Shown here piece after piece: positions 22,424 to 32,710 of a DNA stretch of 64,000 nucleotides. Numbering within the stretch: the stretch's first letter is position 1; each line of letters starts with the position of its first letter. The translations under genes and the position numbers were made by a program. The stretch lies in assembly GCA_030704615.1 (NCBI GenBank), contig CM060733.1, forward strand, positions 43,400,001 through 43,464,000. The letters run 5' to 3'. Below the pieces are notes generated by a model. The model was not told where the DNA came from and did no database searches. It was given only the letters and a program-made list of their open reading frames with translations. This stretch comes from Takakia lepidozioides (Eukaryota; Plantae; Bryophyta).

Positions 22424-22999
22424 ATGGAGGATGATGGAAGACAGGGTGGTGAAAATCAGGAGGCTGCACAGTTATTGCAGGACTGGGCACAGTTGGTTTC
22501 ACAGGCACAGTTACTGGCTTCAGAGGCACAGCAACAGGCCCAGCAACTGGCTTCAGAGACAGAGTCAGAGGCACTGTTAGTGGATTCACAGGCACAGATA
22601 TTACGGGCTTCAGAGGCACAGTTATTACTGGCTTCAGAGGCACGGTCAGAGGCACAGTCAGAGTCACAGTTACTGGCTTCAGAGGCACAGTTCGAGGCAC
22701 TGGTAGTTGCTTCAGAGGCACAGTTCGAGGCACAGTTATTACTGGCTAAAGATGCAGAGTTAGAGGCTTTAGAGGTACAATCAAAGGCTTCAGAGGCACA
22801 GTTAGAGCCACAGTTATTGGCTGCAGATGCAAAGTTACTGGCTTTACAGGCAAAATGTGAAATGCCCCTGGCTCGGTCAGAAGAGGACTCTCCAGAACAA
22901 AGTGGCTACAGTGGCTCGGAAGAGGACTTTCCAGAACAATGTGGCTGCAGTGGGTCAGAGGAGGACTCTCCAGAACAAAGCGGCTGCAGTGGGTCGTAA
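22424..22999 (+). CDS. Hypothetical repetitive protein: heptad (QLLASEA)n coiled-coil followed by (EEDSPEQSGCSGS)n
   Basis: ATG-initiated 191-aa ORF built from ~21-nt and 39-nt minisatellite units that preserve the frame. Confidence 0.4.
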   Translation: MEDDGRQGGENQEAAQLLQDWAQLVSQAQLLASEAQQQAQQLASETESEALLVDSQAQILRASEAQLLLASEARSEAQSESQLLASEAQFEALVVASEAQFEAQLLLAKDAELEALEVQSKASEAQLEPQLLAADAKLLALQAKCEMPLARSEEDSPEQSGYSGSEEDFPEQCGCSGSEEDSPEQSGCSGS

Positions 23000-23904
23000 G
23001 GCTCTCCAGAACAAAGTGGCTGCAGTGATACAGCAAAGCTAAAGCCCACCAAGGTCCAGTGAAAAGGAGATATGTAGAGGACTCGGAGGTGGGAGCGTCT
23101 GAAGAAAAGAGGATGAGCAAGGAGGCAGAAACTACTGGCGGCGTACATGGTGAAGGAAGTAGTGAACCACCAGATGACCCAGGATGTACTAGTATGGATC
23201 CGGGGCAGTTGGTTGAAACAAGAGCAGAATCAAACCCTCACCTCATTTTGTTTCTCTCTCGCAGATGGTGAGGTGGGGCTGTGGTCTTCGAGGACAATAG
23301 CTCGCTTACCACTTGCTTGCAGACCACCAGCAATCTACCCACCCCATCTGCAGACAAGAACTTTATTTGGGCACCATTTGTCCCAGTGGCCGGCACATTT
23401 CATCTCCGTATTCTCATCTGCCAGCTAGGTTACACTTTTACACTTTTTTGGCTTCATTTTTGTAAGAGCCAGACATTGCATCATTATAAAAGCTTGATTT
23501 AATGGACACTGATCGTCCAAACAAAGCAAAAGTTTCAAGTACAACTACTGCAATTGCTTCACATCTGCATATCAACTAGTTAGTTTCACTAGTATTAAAT
23601 CCACTTGACAAATCTTCTCTCACACTTCTTCCATCCTGAATTGGTGGAAAACTTTTTTAAAGGGACACAAAAAACCTTTGACATGAACCTCTTGGATCTT
23701 CAACACGCAATGCTTCTGCAGAAAATTTGTTTGGGACCTTCTCCCTCAACACTCTTTGTCCGTATTTACCATATCACATGCTTCACCCTCCACTTCTATG
23801 CCTACAACGCAGGATGAGAACCGATGACACGCCTTCTGAAACGCCCCAGCAAGCTAGGCTGGAATGAAACGGAGCGAAAAGCAAGTCTACAGGAGGCAGG
23901 GCAC

Positions 23905-24070
23905 GGTGAGGTAGTTTCTGTCCCTTTGTGTTCCACTCAAACTGGACGCGGGGTCAATGGCCTCAAGGCTACGGCAAACAACGTCTTATGAGTTTACATT
24001 CTCTCTCACAACAAACCTCTTATGAATACATTCTTTCTTTCTCTCTCTCTATCAACTCTGTCTCTCTCCA
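23905..24070 (+). mobile_element. Short 3'-end fragment of a LINE family also found in SRFR1 introns
   Basis: AAACTGG.CGCGGGGTCAATGGCC.CAAGGCTACGGCAAACAACGTCTTATGAG plus a CT-rich tail, shared with 37640-37735 (-), ~41960-42020 (+) and ~44880-44960 (+). Confidence 0.7.
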
Positions 24071-25079
24071 ACTGACTCCAAGAAGGCTGATAAAAATGGA
24101 CTATGCCCTCATGTGCATCTCATAGTGCCTGTTTGCGTGACATACCTAGTTCAATACCACATCTCTGTCCCTTGTTTTTCAAGCTGGCTCATTGCAGGGG
24201 TTGATGATGGAGCCCTTGTACGTACCAGCAGTTGCTCCATCGACTTGACTGCTTGCTGCATTGGCAGCCCAGACCGTGCCCTCCTTGTAAAGACGACTAG
24301 AGGTTTAGAGACTGCCAATACCTCTCCTGCTGGTCATCGCATAGAGCTAGCAAATAGCATCCACAGCTGCGAAACGAAACCCCACTCCTCATGTCCACCT
24401 CTTTCTCTACTTTGCTGTGCGCAATCTCATCTTTTGTTGAAGAAAACACCTCTACCTTGCTACTCGGAAGGTGGAAGCCCGGGATTTGGAACATTGTCCC
24501 GGGATTATCCCGGGATACAGATTAATATCCCATAGGCTTGATTATCTTCACAGGCTTCTCCGTAGGCTTGGGCAGGGCGGTAAGACTTGACCTATTGGAC
24601 CGTCCACACTATTTCATTCCAATTCCTTCGCAGCTTTTGAGATGGTGTTAGTTCCATCAACGCCCACGCCCGGTCTGTTTGTCAAGCCTCTACAAGGCCG
24701 CTGCAACCAAATCAGTTCAGAGGGTGTGCGCATGTTCGACCATTCCAACGATTTTTCTTCATTCCAAACTGTTACCGTTACTTGGTCATACCTATAGCGG
24801 GTATGAAAGTTCTCTCTACAACTTTGCTTGCGAGTTGGGGCTCCAAAAGATCACCCGGGGTTGTTCTGTCATTTTAAGGAAAAAAACGCAATTTGTCCAG
24901 GGGAAAACAAGGAAATCTAAAGGCAACAGTCATGTGGGTATCATCCCCCCCCCCCACCCCGGCTTTTGTTGGATCTCCTCTCTTCCTCCCAATGATAGGA
25001 GAACTGTCTTCCTTTTTTCATCTTCAGGGCTATCATTTCGAGAAGTACTCTCGAGCCTTTTCCTTCCTGGTGATGTTTT

Positions 25080-26590
25080 TTAACATTAGGTCGTGGAATA
25101 TCAGGGACGCCACCACCGCTCCTAGAAGGTCTAGGATTAAACGTCGCCAAATGTTGTGGCCTGCTAATCTTTGTCTGGTGGAATAGAACTGTGGCTGATT
25201 CAAGAGGTGGCATGGCAGTCCTTGTCTCCCCGAATCTGGCCAATCACATGTCTGACGTGGATATATGGATGATTGGCAGAGCCCAATTCCGCCTTCTCTC
25301 CATTCCTAGCTTAGGATGCAAAATCGGCTTTATTAATGTTTATGCCCCAAATGCTATTGCTGATAGGATAGCCTTTTGGAAGTTTTTGCATTCCATGGTC
25401 ACGAGCCATCCCAAAATTGACCAATTGATTTTGGCAGGAGAAGCCCTCTGCCTCTCAGTTGGTTTTATTGATATTTCTATTCCAGGGGATAATGAGCTCC
25501 GTTTCTCTTGGATTAACTGTAGAGCACCTCCGGATCTGGTCATGGCTAAACTTGATCGTGTGTACTCCACTAGTGGAATCATTTCTTGGGCCCGGTCAAT
25601 CCCTCTTGGCCCGGTGCTTCTGGACTTTGATCATGCAGACCTCTTCACTGTTCTTGGCTTCTAGGTCCAAAGGGAGAAGTTACTTTAAAATTAAATCCGT
25701 CTCTGCTAAGATCTCAGTCTATGGTCAATGATTTAGCTCAGGTGTGGTCTTCATCTGGGAATCATTTTGAATCCGCCACTCTTAGATTTCTCGCTAAGTT
25801 GGAGGCTACCCGGCTCAGATCCCAGGAGCTCTCTAAGGCCTTTGCTAGTTCTCAAAAAGAAAAGAGCCTGCATCTTTGCCAACAGCTCATGGAAAACAAA
25901 GATGAAGGCCCTTGCACTCTCATAAACTATAATAGAGCCAAGTCCAACCTCTGGAGCTTCAGGCAAGAGAAAGAAAATGCTCTTTGCCTCAAGGCTGGGG
26001 TGAACCGGTCTTTAAAAGGGGAGAAAATGTCCAAGTATTTCTTTATTAAATCCAAGCAAAGGGGGATGGCCTCATCCATTGCTTCTCTTAGAAACCCTGA
26101 TGGGTCGTCATCTTCTTCCTCTCCAAAAGATATGGCTGCCATTGCTGAGCAACATTTGATCGCCTGTCTTTTCTCCAAGAGGCCCCACTCCAATGAGGAA
26201 AGGTTGGCCTCCGAGGAAATTCTTCCTTCCCTCCTATCTGATAAAGACAATGAGGATCTCTCTTCCCTGCTCTCGGGCTAAGAGCTGGCCAAGGCCTTGC
26301 ACTCACTCCAGTCTGGAAAGATGCCAGGCCTAGATGGCATGCCCATCGAATTTTTCACGGCCCTCTGGCAAACTATTGTGGGAGACTTTGTAGAGTTGGC
26401 CAAGGATATTCATTTGAAAGGAATTATGCCGTCACAATTATCCATTGGTCTTATCACTTTAATTTTTAAGAAGGGTGACAGAAGCCTGATATCCAATTAT
26501 CGGCCTATCACGCTACTTAACACCGCTTACAAAATTATCGCCAAGGCCATAAGACTGCAGCCTAATCTTTCTCATATTATTAGGCCTGAG
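25080..26590 (+). mobile_element. L1-like LINE ORF2 fragment (AP endonuclease and N-terminal RT), decayed
   Basis: NIRSWNIR, SRGGMAVL, FINVYAPN, MAKLDRVY, GEKMSKYFF, KMPGLDGMPIEFF, KKGDRSLISNYRPITLLNTAYKIIAK. Confidence 0.9.
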
Positions 26591-27200
26591 GAAAGACCAT
26601 GCAGGTCAAAAGCTTAACAGACAAACTGCCCATGCAGGCCCATGTTGGCCTGCTCTCCTCTTCCATTCCTGCTTCACAGGCCTTACATTCGTAGAGAAGA
26701 ATCGTTTGCTGGAACCGGTGCTTTGCTTAGTGCTACAGCCAGTGTTTGGGAAGGGTAGGGATCCCATGCTTTCTGCCCCGACCGAGGCAATGCTACGTCA
26801 GTGTGATTTGCCAATTGAGTTACAGTTATAGATGCCTGCATCTCACCATGTCCACAGAGACTGTTACACACTGATAGAGGTGGAAACATGGCTTTCAGAC
26901 CATCAACTTCATCATGTGGGGGGTATAACTCTATGCTCAAATTCATGCACATAGAGTCATACAAATCTTCGTACTGAGTTTCTGCCACTTTTCCCAAACT
27001 AACAGGCCTATTCAGCCATGATGTTGGAACGCAATCAGCAGATAAGCTTCCAAGCCTAAGATTTATCATGAGATAGGACCTGTTGCTCCACGATTCATTG
27101 CTGATGGTAACATTTAATGACACAGTTGCTAACAGGTTCCTAATTAAAAATAACAAGAATGATCAACATTCTGCCCAAATGTTTGAACCAGAGTTAAGTT

Positions 27201-29405
27201 TCACCAATAATCCCCACAAGAACATATTCCATCTTGAAAGTGGTGAAAGCACTTTGCATCCTCTACAACAAATGCTCGCCCAACAATTTTTGATATAAAC
27301 TTGATAGCCATGTGGCAATCGTCACACACCAGAAGGTTCTTGATGACACGGAGATGTGTCCCAGGGGGCGTGCTGACGAGTCCAAAAGCAATAGCCAGCT
27401 TCTCACTATGGTGGCAAAGAGAAACTTCCTCCATCTCCTCCACATCATGCGACATAATGAGCTTGTCAGGCACATACCCAGCCCTCCTCATCTGCCTAGA
27501 CAATCTCGTCAGTTCAGCATGTATTTCCCTAGTTTGAGGATGCACGTCATCCTCTACAACAAACGTATGAAGCTGGCTGTCCACCTCAATGCAGCAGCAC
27601 CCTCGCACTTCCCTGACAACTCTATCCTCAATCATTTCTCTCATCTTTGCTGTATCGCCCCACCTGCCAGCTCTAGCATACATGTCTGAGAGCACCGAAT
27701 AAGTTGAAGCATGTTGCGGACTCGACTTGAAAAGGAATTTTGCCACACGTTCTGCTGCCTCCAAGTTGCCATGATTTCTGCAGGCACCCAGCAAGGCCCC
27801 CCATGTTGAAGCAGCTGGTTCAATTGGCATGTTTGTTATTAGGTCCTCTGCCTCCTCCAATTGGCCAGCCCGTCCAAGAAGGTCCACCATGCACCCGAAA
27901 TGCTCCACTGTGCTAGTAAGGCCATGGTCTTGACTCATGCAATTAAAGTAGTGAAGGCCTTCATGCACTAGGCCTGCCCGGCTGCATGCAGAGAGAACAC
28001 ATATAAAGGTAATACCATCTGGCTTCAGGCCTTCCTCTTGCAAATGTTCAAATAGTTGGAGGGCCTCTCTGCTACACCCATGCTGACCATACCCTGCGAT
28101 CATGGCGTTCCATGAGACCAAATCTTGTTTAGACATGTTCTTGAACACCTGCCATGCATCTTGTACACTCCCACATTTGGCATACATGTTGACAAGCGTG
28201 TTCTCCAAACTGATGTCTGGTGCAATCCCAGCTTTCATGATGTCAGCATGCACCTCTTTGCCCTTTTCTAGGGCTGCCAGGTTCGCACATGCATTGAGAA
28301 TGCAAATGAATGTGACCCTGTTAACCGTCAACCCTCCCTGTGTCATTTGCTCATATATCTCGAGAGCCTCCCTACCACACTGATTCTGAGTATATCCAGC
28401 TATCATTGTGTTCCATGACACCACATTTCGTTTAGCCATATTGTCAAAAATCTGACGTGCAACATGCACACTCCCACATTTGGCATACATATTAATCAGC
28501 GCAGTCTCAAGAATGACATCTGCTGCAATTCCAACTTTCATAATGTCAGCATGGACTGCTTTGCCCTTTTCAAGGGCTGCCAGGCCGGCACATGCATTGA
28601 GAGCACAAATGAACGTGACTTTATCTGGCATCACCCCTTCTTGTACCATGTGTTCATAGGTCTCCAAAGCCTCCCTCCCCCACCCATGCTGTCCGTATGC
28701 TGCAATCATTGTGCTCCATGTGACCACATCTCGCTGAGACATATTGTCAAACACTTTATGTGCATTTGTTATGCTCCCACATTTGGCATACATATCAATG
28801 AGGGTATTCTCCAGAATGATATCAGGCACAATTCCAGCTTTGATGCTGTGAGTGTGGACTTCTATGCCATTTTCCAAGGCTGCCAGACTGGCACATGCCT
28901 TGAGAATGCAAGTGATAGTGACCCTGTTTGGCATGAACCCTTCACGTTTCATTTTGTCATAAATCTCAAAGGCCTCATTACTAAACCCACATTTTGCATA
29001 TCCTGCTATCATTATATTCCACGAAGATGTATCTCGTTCAGGCATTTTGTCAAACAGCTGGCGTGCATCCACCACACTTCCACACTTTGCATACATGTTA
29101 ACGAGGGTGTTGAGTAGAAAGATGCTTAGCTTGCATCCACTTTGAATGATGTGGGCATGCACCTGCTTTCCTGTTTCTAGGTCCTTCATTTTGACGCACC
29201 CCTCCAAGAGACAGCCATAAGTGCTGGAGTCTACCAAAATGCCACCTTGATTCAAAATGTGAAGTGCACCTCTCAGCTGTCCTGCCTTACATAGTGTCCT
29301 CACATCCCAACATGTGCCAGAAGAGTTTTTTTTCATCAACTCTCTTGATTGTCTTTCACAAGGAGTGGCCATGGTGGAGGTGCATGCCTCATTCAACCCT
29401 GTCAT
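27201..29405 (-). CDS. PLS-class pentatricopeptide repeat protein with E and DYW cytidine-deaminase domains (organellar C-to-U RNA editing factor)
   Basis: Repeated LINMYAKCGS...VVSWNTMIAGY...TFICILNACA triplets, E domain WGALLGACRNHG, HHSEKLA (HxE), CDDCH and terminal CSCGDYW. Intronless; start codon uncertain (first in-frame ATG at 29405). Confidence 0.96.
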   Translation of the reverse strand: MTGLNEACTSTMATPCERQSRELMKKNSSGTCWDVRTLCKAGQLRGALHILNQGGILVDSSTYGCLLEGCVKMKDLETGKQVHAHIIQSGCKLSIFLLNTLVNMYAKCGSVVDARQLFDKMPERDTSSWNIMIAGYAKCGFSNEAFEIYDKMKREGFMPNRVTITCILKACASLAALENGIEVHTHSIKAGIVPDIILENTLIDMYAKCGSITNAHKVFDNMSQRDVVTWSTMIAAYGQHGWGREALETYEHMVQEGVMPDKVTFICALNACAGLAALEKGKAVHADIMKVGIAADVILETALINMYAKCGSVHVARQIFDNMAKRNVVSWNTMIAGYTQNQCGREALEIYEQMTQGGLTVNRVTFICILNACANLAALEKGKEVHADIMKAGIAPDISLENTLVNMYAKCGSVQDAWQVFKNMSKQDLVSWNAMIAGYGQHGCSREALQLFEHLQEEGLKPDGITFICVLSACSRAGLVHEGLHYFNCMSQDHGLTSTVEHFGCMVDLLGRAGQLEEAEDLITNMPIEPAASTWGALLGACRNHGNLEAAERVAKFLFKSSPQHASTYSVLSDMYARAGRWGDTAKMREMIEDRVVREVRGCCCIEVDSQLHTFVVEDDVHPQTREIHAELTRLSRQMRRAGYVPDKLIMSHDVEEMEEVSLCHHSEKLAIAFGLVSTPPGTHLRVIKNLLVCDDCHMAIKFISKIVGRAFVVEDAKCFHHFQDGICSCGDYW

Positions 29406-30008
29406 CCTGCATGAAGCAAGACACTTAGGTAACAACCTCAACACTTAACCTCACACAGAACATCTCCGACATACTTCAAAGGAAGATCTCTAAGGGTCCT
29501 CACCCTTCTACACAGCATAATGTGCATGCCTGCAACAAACATATCACCTTGGACAGCGATGGCAATACCAACACTGTTTGAACAAGGGTCCCAAAATTTG
29601 GCAGGGGTTAATTCTGAAGGTCGAAAAAAGGGAGAGAAATGGAGCGGCCAATGGGGAGGGAGGCCACTGGGTGTTGGATTGGTTGATATGTATGTGTAGA
29701 GGAGAGCATACAAGTAGGATATGTGAGGCGGAGGGGCCCTCCTTCTAGAAGGCTCCACCACCGCCCTGAGAGAGTATTAAGGAGGGTAGGGCTACCTTCT
29801 ACAGATTTCTTCTTAATTGGTGGGCTCTGCATGCGGGCCCCCCTTTAAAAAAGTAAATTGGACTTGAACTAAAATGAATAGAAGTGAAGAATGATAGGCT
29901 TGTCTGCACACTATGCACCCTCCCAACTAACTTGTCTGGTCCATTACCAGAACTATCCCCTCATTCATAAACATGAGAACCCGACCTAACTAACAGAGAA
30001 TTACTAAG

Positions 30009-32203
30009 TCATGAGGTCCAGATCTCTTTGCCATACAGGTGGTGTACACATGGCCAATCTCGACCAGCACTCGGTGCAGACTTTCGACTAGCTGCTTCCT
30101 TCTCCATGTGATAATGTACCCATGTACGTTTCTTGTAACCATCAATCATCAGAACCTCATTGCTATCCTTGGGCTTCAAATCTGGTCCTTGGGAGTTGAT
30201 CTGCACCCACACTCCATCACTGCCTCCTTCAGCTATCCCTGCAACAACAAAACTAAATAAATCCTCCCCCGTGCGGCAAGTAGCTGAGAACCAATAATTA
30301 CAGAGGTTACACTACACTCCTGCATGACAGATCCCAGGTCCACGCTGGAGGGTTGCAAGACTAAGAATTTATGTGATGAGAAGACAGGGAGGCACAGAGA
30401 GCATATGCCCTTTCAAGTGCTGGCTAAAACATACCCTTGCAAGATTCATCCGTTGGATATGAAACCTCCCCAGGTCAGTCACACGGTTTCAAATCCACTG
30501 GGTAGGGGTGAGTAGGCCTAAGTTGTGCTACTGGTTGTGCATGGTAAATGAAACAATCCAATCACATGAGATTGAATGCCGATGTAGGGGCTAGCAGTGA
30601 CATCATAAAAACCTGTACTCATTGATTGTTCTCCGTAAATGTTCACAATGATATCCTAAAGGGTATGTCCCCACTGGTGTACATGAGAATAATCCTGAAT
30701 TGATACTATGGTGAGGACACAATTCGAAGCCAGAACTGCTGCTGTAGCACTGAATGACCATTTACCTGATAATGCCACTCACACTGCATCTACAAAGCGC
30801 AGGTAAGATCAGAAAGATGTACTCACCATTCCCAGCAAACATTGGCTATTGACACTTGTCCTTCACAGTTTTAAGGAGCATAAAAGGCAAAGAAGACAAC
30901 CTGAATGATGTGATTCCACAAAGCTTGACATGCTCACAAGCACCTGCCCCCGCATGACACAAGCCCACACATCAGCCAACCCCCCACCACTTGTCTCTCA
31001 TTGCCACTATCAAAGACGTGAAAACCTCCTCCCACAACCACCCAGCAAAGAGCAACTACCCATGATATAGTAATTCAGCAAGGGATAGGATTCAGAGAAA
31101 GCAGAATGACGGAATCAAATGCTATTCCTCCTCTGCATTCCTTAACATGTGAGGCCCAGTTCTGCATTACTTCTTGGTTAGTCATGTGAAATTTAAGGCC
31201 AAGGCCAATGGAAAGTAGCACTGGCCTCGGCACTATTTTGAGGAGTATTGTTTCCACCGTAAACATCCACAACCTGCCGCTCACTAGCCAGGATCCGGCC
31301 CCCTTTCTTCACATAGTGTCCTGCATTCTCAGCCAGAGTATCCCAGAACCTCAAATCCAACCTGTCGTCCCAAGTGGTCTTCATCAACTGGCTGTGAACA
31401 TTAAGAGCTACACTGGAAGTGCAACAATACAAAAGTAAACACAATCCCATCTTTGCTATTAGCACTCTTTAATGCACAATCACTAAACCTCGGTGTTACC
31501 TAGTACCTAAAGAAAAAAAAAAACCTTAATGCCTTACATACTAATAACGGAGAAGAATCGCTTGTATTGTAAAGAGATCATCTTCTCACTTCACTGCATG
31601 CAATAGGACCCTGTAGCTCATATCTCCGTCTCTTTATTCCACTTGAATATGCAGATAAGCTACACCCCTTCATAGATGAAAAGTAGCTTACCAGCTCGGA
31701 ACATCTTTTATGGTATCAATCTGGGGCACAGCAAGGCTGACTTTCGCCAACGTTTTTCCATTAACCAAGGGCTTGACATGGCCGACATGGCCAAGGAGGT
31801 CCATTGGGTTGGCAAAGTGCTTGCCGAACGTGCCCCCGTGCGGACATGGCCACTCAATTTTCTCCACCTCCAGGCGCCCTTCCCGCTCATGCCGCTGTTC
31901 GTAAACCCTCCCCTCCTCGAGAGGACTCCACTGCCCAGCGATTGGCTTACAACTTCTTGCAACATCTCTCACCGCAATGCGTTCTCCAAAATGCAGACGG
32001 GTGAAAAGCTGGCACCGTCTTGTGACTCCCAGCACAGGGCCAGGCTTGTGGGAGGCTTGTGAGACCACCACTGGATGCCTCGATACCGTTCCTTCAAGAA
32101 AGCCACGAACACCGTAAGGCTGTTGCGTCAGGAAGGCATGCGCCCTAAAAATGCCACGCTTACTGTATGCGAGGCGATGGCTAATCCCTCTGCAACTCTT
32201 CAA
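30009..32203 (-). pseudogene. Organellar single-stranded DNA-binding protein (OSB/PTAC9 family)-like, degenerate
   Basis: Transit-peptide-like N-terminus; WPCP..FANPMDLLGHVG..NGKTLAKVSLAV..W|GT donor at ~31690; exon ~31360-31240 LDLRFWDTLAENAGHYVKKGGRIL (SSB OB fold); ~30200-30100 PDLKPKDSNEVLMIDG..TWV resembles the OSB PDF motif. Confidence 0.6.
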
Positions 32204-32541
32204 CCCAACTCCTGAGATTTCCTTCTCAGTATGGAAAAGAAAATTGTGGTAAGGAGGGGAGATTACCCGGCAACGAAACAGCTCCCCTCAATCTCACACA
32301 CGTCTGCCACACACCATCTCCACTGCGGCTCATCCCACACCATCGCCAGCCTCGCGAGTCCGAGACGGCCACAGAGCTCTCGTGCGCAACGGAATATATC
32401 CCTATAAGGAAGCATATACCTCTATATGCTGTATAAATTTTGGTAGGCGCAGAGATATTGGGAGCGGTCACCGGTATCTGCTCGCTTGTGGGGATTGCTG
32501 TGGTCTCGCGAGTGTTTGTTTGGGGGTGCCGGCCTCGGAGC

Positions 32542-32669
32542 ATGGCATGTAATTCAGATGGCGACGTGCTGCGGGAAGTAGCTGAGGCCTGCAAAGTCAC
32601 GGAATGGTCGCGTGCCATCAAATTGCTTTCTTCTTTGAAGGACCTGCCTGTTTCGTCTCTCCTGCTTTG

Positions 32670-32710
<41 letters not shown>

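Noticed and set aside
28102-29117. Plus-strand ORFs over the PPR gene and similar antisense ORFs over LINE/copia regions
   Set aside because: They are shadow frames of genuine opposite-strand coding sequence.
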